From: Candidatus Micrarchaeia archaeon
Lineage (GTDB): Archaea > Micrarchaeota > Micrarchaeia > Anstonellales > Anstonellaceae
Reading direction: 5' to 3'
Length of the DNA stretch: 64,000 nucleotides
Assembly: GCA_041659465.1 (NCBI GenBank)
Contig: JBAZYD010000002.1
Location: 30,253 to 94,252, forward strand
Under the pieces are notes generated by a model. That model saw nothing but the letters and a program-made list of their open reading frames with translations, had not been told where the DNA came from and did no database searches. The stretch's first letter is position 1. Each line of letters opens with the position of its first letter. The position numbers were made by a program, and so were the translations under genes. Of the stretch, positions 53,752-61,319 are shown piece after piece.

Positions 53752-55314
53752 ATGGACACGAAACCAATATGCGAGAAGTGTTTTGCTCCTCTTGAAAAGA
53801 GCAAGTGCATATCACCTGAAACAGGAATAACCTCGGAAAAATGGCTGCATCCTGGCGGCTTTCTAAAGTGCAGTGTTGAGGATGACTTGCTTGCCATCCT
53901 AAAAAATCCGCGCCTTTTCGAGATTATCATAATTGACGAACTTGGAAAAAAAATAGTTGGGGAGAATGAAACAAAACACACCATCTTTCTTTGCGGCTGC
54001 GGTATTTGGGTTGAAAATCACGATGCAACGAGCTACAACCTGATGCAGAGCGCAGAAGGCGGCGCTGGCAAGGACTACACCCTAAACGCAACACTTTCAA
54101 TTTTCCCTAAGGAGCGATATATGAAACGCACCCGCATTAGCGGAAAGGTTATCTCCTATTGGCACAGGTCGGACAAAGAGCCTGAATGGACTTGGAACGG
54201 CATAATCCTATATCTTGAGGATGCCTCTCAAGAGCTAATGAATTCTGAGGTTGTCAAGGTCTTTCTTTCAAGCGGCTCATTCGCAACGATTTTGATTAAC
54301 CAGGTAGCAACCGATTTGGAAATAAAGGGGAAGCCTGTTGTTATGATTTCCTCCGCAACGGCAAAACTGAACAAGGAGCAGGGCCGCAGAGTGCCAATCC
54401 TAAGATGCGATGAGAGCCACACGCAAACAAAAAAGATTATGGGAAAGCAGGCAAGGGCTGCGGCTGAGGGCAAAGTTATCACATACAACCCAAAAATAAC
54501 CGAGGCTCTTTCCCATCTCAAGCGCATAAAAGTAAAAATTCCCTTTGCCGTTGGCATTGAGAAAGCAATACCTGCAAACAACATCATTCTGCGCACACAC
54601 TTCCCGCGCCTGCTGGACTACATCAAGGCAAGCTGCGCCCTGCATCAATATCAGCGCAGGGTTGTTGATGAGTATTACCTGGCCGAGCAGCGCGATTATG
54701 AGCTTGCGGCAATAGCCTTCAGGAAGATAACGAGCAATCCTTTTTCTATTCCGTTGAGCCATCAGGAGCAGAAGCTACTTGAGAAGATTGAGGAGCTGCA
54801 AGCGCCCCTATTTTTGAAACAGGATTTTGATGGTTTTACTGTTGAGGAGATTGCGCAGCACATTCAGTTTTGGGGAGATACTATGCTACGCGATGAGCTG
54901 CGCAAGCTTGCTGATGCTGGACTTTTGATAACAGGAAGCCGCAAGAAGGATGATGGCAAAGGCGGAAGGTCTGCAATTACATATAGAAAACCCGACTTGA
55001 AAAGTATAGACTTGCCATCATGGGAAGCTATCACAAAAACCGAAACAACCAAAACAACCGAAATAACCGAAACTAACGAAACAACCGAAACAACTGATAA
55101 AAGTATAGACAATGCGGAGGTTGTTTCGGTTTCTTCGGTTTATTCGGTGTCAAATCAGGTCAAGAATGTCGCGCTGTCTGGAGGATTTCCACCCGCCAAA
55201 CAGGCAGGAGCTACAATCTGGATACCTCCATTAGTAGCTCCTGCTACTATTCCAAACACGCAGGGAGGGGAGGTTATCTCCCTTTCCTCCCCTCCCTCAA
55301 AAGGTGCTACATGA
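53752..55314 (+). CDS. Rep candidate: Zn ribbon + P-loop-like NTPase + wHTH-like domain + Thr/Glu repeat tail
   Basis: N-terminal CEKC...C. SAEGGAGKDYT (Walker A-like, with Asp instead of Ser/Thr) and IILYLEDAS (Walker B-like). FTVEEIAQHI...LRKLADAGLLITG (wHTH-like). Confidence 0.55.
   Translation: MDTKPICEKCFAPLEKSKCISPETGITSEKWLHPGGFLKCSVEDDLLAILKNPRLFEIIIIDELGKKIVGENETKHTIFLCGCGIWVENHDATSYNLMQSAEGGAGKDYTLNATLSIFPKERYMKRTRISGKVISYWHRSDKEPEWTWNGIILYLEDASQELMNSEVVKVFLSSGSFATILINQVATDLEIKGKPVVMISSATAKLNKEQGRRVPILRCDESHTQTKKIMGKQARAAAEGKVITYNPKITEALSHLKRIKVKIPFAVGIEKAIPANNIILRTHFPRLLDYIKASCALHQYQRRVVDEYYLAEQRDYELAAIAFRKITSNPFSIPLSHQEQKLLEKIEELQAPLFLKQDFDGFTVEEIAQHIQFWGDTMLRDELRKLADAGLLITGSRKKDDGKGGRSAITYRKPDLKSIDLPSWEAITKTETTKTTEITETNETTETTDKSIDNAEVVSVSSVYSVSNQVKNVALSGGFPPAKQAGATIWIPPLVAPATIPNTQGGEVISLSSPPSKGAT
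55038..55149. repeat. iteron-like array: six direct 9-mers (AACCGAAAC type), 31-bp spacer, three inverted 9-mers
   Basis: Direct units at 55038-55091. Spacer AACTGATAAAAGTATAGACAATGCGGAGGTT. GTTTCGGTT, TCTTCGGTT and TATTCGGTG at 55123-55149. Confidence 0.6.
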
Positions 55315-55523
55315 TGGTTAAGCTTTGCCAAGAGTGCGGCGCTCCAATCGTGGGGCGGCCCTGGTGGTTCAGGCATCCAACCATGACCGGGGATAAATCA
55401 TATCCCTTCTGTTCGCACCGATGCCGCGAGTGCTGGCGCTTGGAGTGGAAGGCTACAATAGCGGAGCATCTACTTGAGAAGGCATCCGCAGAGCTGGCAG
55501 CCGCAGAAAAGGAGGCGATATGA
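55311..55523 (+). CDS. FCS-type zinc-finger protein
   Basis: CQEC...FCSHRC pattern. ATGA overlap with the upstream gene. Confidence 0.5.
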   Translation: MMVKLCQECGAPIVGRPWWFRHPTMTGDKSYPFCSHRCRECWRLEWKATIAEHLLEKASAELAAAEKEAI

Positions 55524-55905
55524 GATGAGCCTTAGCGAAAACCATTTAACGCTTGCTAATTGGCAACAACAACACTGTAAGCCTCCCTATATAGGGTTAA
55601 AGATAGACTTGCACGCTTTTTTTTTGAAAAAAGAAAAAACCCCCCCTTGGCAATGTTCCTTAAGCCTCTTTGAGCCGCGCAGCGCGGCCCTGCGCTGCAA
55701 TATACTACTAACTAGATGGTGATGTTATACAAATCAAAATCAAAAAGGAAAAGTATATACGCGGCATTGCCTGCGCGGAGCGCATACTATCAAGGCGCGG
55801 ATGCAGGACACCTGTTAAGCTTGCCACGCTGTTAAGCCGCCTGGGTGAGAAAAACAAAATCGCTGCTTGTATCTACTTGGGAAAAATCGGGGAGGTTGTG
55901 ATTGA

Positions 55906-56085
55906 ATGAGCCTGGATGCCGCACAATCAATTATCCTATTGGCTGCGCTCTTTGCCCTATGCCTCTTTCTTGATGGCATCCTGGGCGCGATGGCTAGCCT
56001 TCTTGGCAAGCTAAGGGCATCTTTGCCTAAGGGGGATGGGCAGGCGATTGAAAAAATAAAGAAGTTGGTTAGTGGCATCACTTGA
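55906..56085 (+). CDS. 59-aa single-TM protein
   Basis: Below the track cutoff. GGAGGT SD 9 nt upstream. MSLDAAQSIILLAALFALCLFLDGILGAMASLLG... Confidence 0.4.
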   Translation: MSLDAAQSIILLAALFALCLFLDGILGAMASLLGKLRASLPKGDGQAIEKIKKLVSGIT

Positions 56086-56094
56086 GGTGATACT

Positions 56095-56385
56095 TTGCAG
56101 GGAAAACTAAAGGAAAAGGGATTAACCCGCGTGAGCGTTTATCTAAACAAGGAGGAGCTATCCTCTATGGCACAGCTTGCGGAGAAGCTCGGTTATAGGA
56201 GGGTGGGGCTACCATTGGAAACCATTAAGCCTCATGGCTTCTCAGGGGAAACCTTCTCTAATACTGATGGCATCAGCCGCGCCTTGAAATATTGCTTTGA
56301 CTTCTATATGCGGGTAAATCCTAAACTGCTTGCAAGGAGGGCCGAGCTTCTAAAAGAGGTTGAGGACCTGGGGGCGAAGATATGA
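56095..56385 (+). CDS. RHH-like protein
   Basis: TTG start after GAGGTGAT. RVSVYLNKEELSSMAQLAEKLG follows a beta-strand / helix pattern. Confidence 0.5.
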   Translation: MQGKLKEKGLTRVSVYLNKEELSSMAQLAEKLGYRRVGLPLETIKPHGFSGETFSNTDGISRALKYCFDFYMRVNPKLLARRAELLKEVEDLGAKI

Positions 56386-56693
56386 AAAAAGTTTTACTCA
56401 GTGATATTGAAAGGGAGCTAATCAAAACCCTGCGGAAGATGAACAGCCGCAAGCTCTCAGAGCCGAAGCCTCCGCGCAGACCGCCCCATATCGGAGATGA
56501 GGAGGAAAGCGAAGATGAGGAGGATGAGGAGGAGGCAAAGAAGCGCACCCCTCAGGGCGGCTCATACATCCACTTATCCTCAGATGGCTCGATTGAGATA
56601 ACTGGCCCTTCTTTGCACCAGGTCAAGAAGGTTGCCCTGGAACTCCATAAGCGGCAAGTGCGGAGATATAGCGGGCTTGACTATTTCAGATAA
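56382..56693 (+). CDS. hypothetical protein with acidic linker
   Basis: ATGA overlap with the upstream gene. Contains a DEEESEDEEDEEE tract. Confidence 0.45.
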   Translation: MKKVLLSDIERELIKTLRKMNSRKLSEPKPPRRPPHIGDEEESEDEEDEEEAKKRTPQGGSYIHLSSDGSIEITGPSLHQVKKVALELHKRQVRRYSGLDYFR

Positions 56694-56806
56694 TTTGCAT
56701 CTTTTTTGAAGGCTCTTTTTTCGGGTTTGTAGCATGCCTTACCTCGGAGGCTGTTAGCAAATCCTTATACGCAACGAAAAATCGAATTTTAGCGGAGGAT
56801 GAGCAA

Positions 56807-57091
56807 ATGAAATACAAAGGACAACTGATGTTTAGGGGCCAGGAGCTTATCATGCTGTTCGTATTCGGCGGCATACTGCTCGGAGCTGGCGCTCTTGCGA
56901 TGGCTGGCATGACACCAACACCAACAGGAGGCTATCAATCAAACGCAACGGCATCGATTTTCGGCAACGGCTCTAACGCATTGGTGCAATTCTCGCAGCA
57001 GCTCCCCACAATCGGTATAATTGGAGGCATATCGCTCCTAATTCTCATGCTTTTCGTCGGGTTCGGAGCGTTCATCGGCGGAAGGAAATAA
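56807..57091 (+). CDS. 2-TM protein with pilin-like N-terminus, paralogue 1
   Basis: MKYKGQLMFRGQELIMLFVFGGILLGAGALA ... LPTIGIIGGISLLILMLFVGFGAFIGG. GGAGGATGAG SD. Confidence 0.6.
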   Translation: MKYKGQLMFRGQELIMLFVFGGILLGAGALAMAGMTPTPTGGYQSNATASIFGNGSNALVQFSQQLPTIGIIGGISLLILMLFVGFGAFIGGRK

Positions 57092-57112
57092 CAATCTTGG
57101 AGGATTGAGAAA

Positions 57113-57385
57113 ATGAAATATAAAGGACAACTATTGGCACGTGGCACGGAGTTGGTTATGTTCTTCGTGTTTATCGGCATCCTGGCGGGAGCTGGTGCGC
57201 TTGCACTTTCGAGCTTTGCGACAGGGCAGACGGGCAGCGCAGCCTCGACCATCAATAACGCATCGAGTGGGCTGGTTTCTTTCAGCACGCAGCTTCCGAC
57301 AATCGGAATTATCGGGGGTATCGCCTTGCTCATACTTGTTTTATTTGTGGGCTTCGGTGCTTTCCTCGGCGGCGGCAAGCGTTAA
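57113..57385 (+). CDS. 2-TM protein with pilin-like N-terminus, paralogue 2
   Basis: MKYKGQLLARGTELVMFFVFIGILAGAGALA ... LPTIGIIGGIALLILVLFVGFGAFLGG. GGAGGATTGAG SD. Confidence 0.6.
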   Translation: MKYKGQLLARGTELVMFFVFIGILAGAGALALSSFATGQTGSAASTINNASSGLVSFSTQLPTIGIIGGIALLILVLFVGFGAFLGGGKR

Positions 57386-57396
57386 GCGGCCTCAGC

Positions 57397-57440
57397 GCGG
57401 GAGTGCAAGCTCCCGCCTTTTTCTTTTTTCTTTTCTATCC
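57397..57440 (+). terminator. hairpin plus T-rich tract after the 2-TM gene pair
   Basis: GCGGGAG-TGCAAG-CTCCCGC followed by CTTTTTCTTTTTTCTTTTC. Confidence 0.6.
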
Positions 57441-57530
57441 TTAGAGGTAAATAGGCGCGGAAAGCGCAAGGGGAAGGGCAACAAAGAGCATATTTATACT
57501 TGTTGCCTAGAAATTTATACGAGGATAAAC

Positions 57531-58097
57531 ATGGGTATTGATAAAATAGTGGGTGCGCTCCCTACTGATAAAGAGATTGAAAAATTCATGCCTGGAATTT
57601 TAAAGCAAATACCTCAAGCAAGTATCTGCACCTCTCGCAGAATTGCCAATGTAATAACTCATAACTGCTTTAGAAATACTGAAATAGAAAATATCCATGT
57701 CAATTATATCTCTGATAAAGAAATGATGAAAACCATGATTGAAGCTTCTGCCAAAGTAGATTTTTTAATCAGAAAAAAGAAAATTTGGGATATGCGACCT
57801 TCCGAAGTGGTGGATTACTGCCTTTTTTCTTCTTTCCATAATATCGGAAAAGAGATGCCCAAAGATGCGCTAAAGAAACTTAGAATGGAGGCAACAAGAA
57901 AAATTTACTCAACTCAGCTTTTGTATCGTGAAAGACCTGCCCTTTTTGATGCATATGTAAAGATGACTTTTTCGAGTGTTCAAGAGTGGGATAAGACAAC
58001 TATATGGAACGGCCAGCAGCTTAAACCTCGTAGGGGGGTTAAACCAAAAGAACCAGGTCATCAATATTTGCAAAAAATAAAGAAAAGAGGCATATGA
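57531..58097 (+). CDS. hypothetical 188-aa protein, most AT-rich gene of the element
   Basis: Internal ATG of track ORF 57141-58097. The upstream part of that ORF overlaps the 2-TM gene and the terminator in another frame. Confidence 0.5.
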   Translation: MGIDKIVGALPTDKEIEKFMPGILKQIPQASICTSRRIANVITHNCFRNTEIENIHVNYISDKEMMKTMIEASAKVDFLIRKKKIWDMRPSEVVDYCLFSSFHNIGKEMPKDALKKLRMEATRKIYSTQLLYRERPALFDAYVKMTFSSVQEWDKTTIWNGQQLKPRRGVKPKEPGHQYLQKIKKRGI

Positions 58098-58164
58098 GGG
58101 CGATAAAGGGCTAAAGATGGGGGCTTTTTACGTCTATCAAAATAAAAAAGTGGAATTAACTGCT

Positions 58165-58181
58165 AATCCTCGTCGGGGGCT
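58165..58181 (+). repeat. attR (AATCCTCGTCGGGGGCT)
   Basis: Identical to 51759-51775. Overlaps the stop codon (58180-58182) of the convergent gene. Confidence 0.85.
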
Positions 58182-59355
58182 AATTTATCCTTCCAATCAG
58201 TTTCAGGATGGAGCCGAAAATCCCTTCTCCTTTTCCGCTTTCCTCTGCCTTTGCAGGCTCTGCCTTCCCATCAAGCACGCTCTCAAGCGCGCGCAGCTCC
58301 TGCAGCTGCTTTTCCAATGCCGCCTTGTCTGAGCCTGAAAGCTCCTCTTTCTTTTGCTTTATCCTTTCCGCGCGCTGCCATTCCGCTTCGTCCGCCTCTT
58401 TTGTTTTCCCAAGCTCGGACAGCCGCCCAACAAGCCTTTGCGCGCCATCATCATGCGCTGAGAGGTAATTGATATCCGGTGCGCGCGAAAACGACATTAT
58501 GCTGAAGAAGAAACCCCTTCTTGCCGCCACTTCCTGCCTAAAAAGCGACAAGTCAATTCCCAGGTGCCGCAGCTTCTGCTCGCTTTCCCCTGCCATTTCA
58601 TGGAGCTCCTGCGCGGTTTTTGCTTCTAGCTTGGATTTCTGCAGAAAAGATGCCAGGGCGTCTGCCTCCTGCGCGCTTATTTCAGGGAAGCCGATTTTGC
58701 CAAGCTCCCCTTCCTTCATTTTCAAAAGGAGCGCGCAAAACGGCATGGATTTCAGGGATTGCACATGAGCTTGCCAAATTTTCGAAAGCTGTTCGTTAAT
58801 CTGCTCTTTCTCGCCATGCCTTTTCACCTTTTCATCATCAATGGGCGGCTCCTTTTCCAGCCATCCGATGCCGGCAAGCTTTGCCTCCACGTCACGCCTT
58901 GCGCGCTCGAGCTGCGCGCGCTTTTTCAGGAGCAAATCGTTCACAATTTCCAGCCGCGCGCCCATTTCGATGAATTCGTAGAATTCGGATGCCTCGCGCC
59001 GCGCCCTGTCCGTGCTTTTCGAGCGCAAAAGCTTGATGATGGAAACCATCCGCTTCCCATGCTCCAGCGTGATGTGCTTGCTCTCGTATTCCGACACCAA
59101 GTGCTGCTCAAAGTTTTTCATGTCCTTTGCCTTGCGCCTTATCTTGCGCGAGAACTTAATCTTCGCCTCAAAAGCCGCATGCTCCTTTTCATGCATCTGG
59201 CCGCTCACATCCTCTATTTCGTCTATAATGTCGGACAGGTCAGCGCAATCCTGGAGCAGGAAATGGAAGTCCTCCCCGCCCGCGCGCGTAAGCTTTTCCT
59301 CAATCCGCCTCTTCTCCAGCACAAGGGAGTGAATCTCCTTTTCATCATTGTACAT
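58180..59355 (-). CDS. coiled-coil protein of unknown function
   Basis: E/K/L/A-rich 391 aa from the ATG (MYNDEKE). No motif recognised. Confidence 0.55.
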   Translation of the reverse strand: MYNDEKEIHSLVLEKRRIEEKLTRAGGEDFHFLLQDCADLSDIIDEIEDVSGQMHEKEHAAFEAKIKFSRKIRRKAKDMKNFEQHLVSEYESKHITLEHGKRMVSIIKLLRSKSTDRARREASEFYEFIEMGARLEIVNDLLLKKRAQLERARRDVEAKLAGIGWLEKEPPIDDEKVKRHGEKEQINEQLSKIWQAHVQSLKSMPFCALLLKMKEGELGKIGFPEISAQEADALASFLQKSKLEAKTAQELHEMAGESEQKLRHLGIDLSLFRQEVAARRGFFFSIMSFSRAPDINYLSAHDDGAQRLVGRLSELGKTKEADEAEWQRAERIKQKKEELSGSDKAALEKQLQELRALESVLDGKAEPAKAEESGKGEGIFGSILKLIGRIN

Positions 59356-59479
59356 ATGGTTACCAGCCTGGATTTTGCCTGGAAGGATTAAAGGGCTTGT
59401 GCGCAAAGAATGGCGCCAAACTGCGCCCTCTGGATAATGCTTTATATCTTGGTGCTCTCAAAGATATCTCGGTGGTTGG

Positions 59480-60142
59480 ATGTTATTGTTTCAAACAACG
59501 CTCCGCAAAACTGCTGTAAAGAAGGAAACAGACCGGCTTGAGGCGCAGCAGCAAGGCACGGACGCCCAGAAGCGCGTGAACAGCGCCTGGAACACGCTTA
59601 TACGCGCCCCGGATGATTGCCTTCTTATCGTCAAAGTAAAATATCCCACGCTCGGATCCGTGCTGTCTCATGCCCTTTGCAAGACAGATAGGTCAGGCAA
59701 ATCCAAAATCTACCTGGCGGGGTACCACACTTCCAACGAGATAAGGGAACTCATGGAGCATAGCAACACAACCGGCGTCCTGCTCTGCGAATATAAAAAG
59801 GCGCCTTCCTCCAGCAATGCCTCTGGCTTTTGGAATGATTCTCACTCTAGTATAATTGGATCGGTAGGATACAAGGTCGTAAAAACAAGGGGCGGATTCG
59901 ATTATGGATACCAGCCATTCATGGAAATAAGCGACGCTGAGATGGTGAAAAAAGGTTCGGGCTTGGTGATAGTCAAGTCGGATGGAACCAAATTGACAGG
60001 GAATTATCTATCCATAGCGCAGAATGAAGACGACGAAAATATCCGGGACATCGCCCTTTTGGTGCGCGTTGCTCCAACCAAGTATGTGCGAGTGGTGGTG
60101 CAAAGCGATGACATCCGCACGATTCACAGCACAGCGAACTAA
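59480..60142 (+). CDS. hypothetical protein
   Basis: 220-aa ORF after a GGTGG SD. No motif recognised. Confidence 0.45.
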   Translation: MLLFQTTLRKTAVKKETDRLEAQQQGTDAQKRVNSAWNTLIRAPDDCLLIVKVKYPTLGSVLSHALCKTDRSGKSKIYLAGYHTSNEIRELMEHSNTTGVLLCEYKKAPSSSNASGFWNDSHSSIIGSVGYKVVKTRGGFDYGYQPFMEISDAEMVKKGSGLVIVKSDGTKLTGNYLSIAQNEDDENIRDIALLVRVAPTKYVRVVVQSDDIRTIHSTAN

Positions 60143-60292
60143 GCCATTTTTGCCAAAGCTGGTTCTGGGAAAGCCTGAACCATATGAAAGCCGGTTTTAG
60201 CTGCAACGCGTCGATTCCTTTCCCTCAAAAAGTGCGGATAGGCACTTTTTTATACACCCTCTTTCCCATCAAGAGAGTACAGAGGTGGGCTT

Positions 60293-61261
60293 ATGGCAGG
60301 AAATGATGTTGGCTTTAATCCAGGGTGGGGCATGCGCATCCGCGTGCTTGTTACAAGCGTGCTGGTATTCGGATTAGTGGCGGCAGTGATAGGGCTGCTC
60401 TTCAACTACCTGGGCTACGGCGGGTCGGGAAGCATCCTGATGTGGATACTTGTCTCGTTTGTGATGATTGGCGTGCAGTGGTACTTCGGCCCAAACATCA
60501 TACGGTGGGCGACCGGCGCCAAGGAACTCACGCGCGAATCAGCGCCTGAGCTTTTCGGGATAGTGCAGCGCCTCACGCAGAAGGCGCACTTGCCCATGCC
60601 GAAACTTTACATTGTGAACAATCCAACTCCTAACGCATTCGCCTTTGGCAGGACGCAGTCAGACTCGGGCATTGCAGTGCACGCAGGCCTGCTCTCCGCC
60701 CTCAACAAGGACGAAATCGAGGGCGTGCTTGCGCACGAAATCGGGCACATAAACAACCGCGACGTCACGGTGATGACGCTTGCATCCGTGCTTCCTGTCA
60801 TGCTCTACTACGGCTTCCTGATATTCGGCAGGGATGAGGACGGCAGGGGCAGCATAATGACCATAATCGGCGCATTCGTGGCGCAGTTCATAGGGCAGCT
60901 CATGGTGATGTGGCTCTCGCGCCAGCGCGAGTATTTTGCCGACGAGTTCTCTGCGCGCCTCACCGGCAACCCCGCGCACCTCATGTCCGCGCTTGCAAAG
61001 ATAACGTATGGGCAGGCTGCAGGGGCAGGAAAGCAAGGCACTGGCAGCATGGCATCCGCGCTTTACATTGCAGAGCCCTCGAACACAAAGATGAGCGTGG
61101 CTGAAATCGCAGGCGCCATCCGCTCGGGCAACGAGGCGGAGCTGACTGCGGCAATAGAGAAGGAGAAGAAAGGAGGCGCAATGGAGTTCCTCATGACGCA
61201 CCCTCTCACATCCAAAAGGCTTGAGAGGCTGATGAGGCTGAAGAAGGGAATTGCAGCCTGA
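60293..61261 (+). CDS. htpX: M48 zinc metalloprotease HtpX
   Basis: HEIGHINNRD zinc motif, four TM helices, EYFADEFSA downstream. GAGGTGGG SD. Confidence 0.9.
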   Translation: MAGNDVGFNPGWGMRIRVLVTSVLVFGLVAAVIGLLFNYLGYGGSGSILMWILVSFVMIGVQWYFGPNIIRWATGAKELTRESAPELFGIVQRLTQKAHLPMPKLYIVNNPTPNAFAFGRTQSDSGIAVHAGLLSALNKDEIEGVLAHEIGHINNRDVTVMTLASVLPVMLYYGFLIFGRDEDGRGSIMTIIGAFVAQFIGQLMVMWLSRQREYFADEFSARLTGNPAHLMSALAKITYGQAAGAGKQGTGSMASALYIAEPSNTKMSVAEIAGAIRSGNEAELTAAIEKEKKGGAMEFLMTHPLTSKRLERLMRLKKGIAA

Positions 61262-61319
61262 ACTGGAATGGCGCTGCTGCCTGAAATGGATGGGGATTGC
61301 GGCTTGAAACGGTGATTAT

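Larger units (their letters stand above)
51759..58181. mobile_element. integrated plasmid/provirus-like element in tRNA-Thr
   Basis: Exact 17-bp direct repeat at both ends, an integrase next to the tRNA, AT-richer composition, and regulator/Rep-like gene content. Confidence 0.8.

Noticed and set aside
55038-55091. Short tandem repeats as a possible CRISPR array
   Set aside because: The units are 9 bp, contiguous without spacers, and lie inside an ORF. No CRISPR-like repeat-spacer periodicity or cas genes occur anywhere in the window.
55815-56081. 88-aa minus-strand ORF in the element
   Set aside because: The opposite strand has a 59-aa TM protein with a GGAGGT SD, in the same orientation as the surrounding operon. 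The minus-strand ORF has no start context.
57141-57530. N-terminal 130 aa of track ORF 57141-58097
   Set aside because: This part overlaps the second 2-TM gene in another frame and runs through its hairpin/T-tract terminator. The plausible gene starts at the ATG at 57531, where composition switches to AT-rich.
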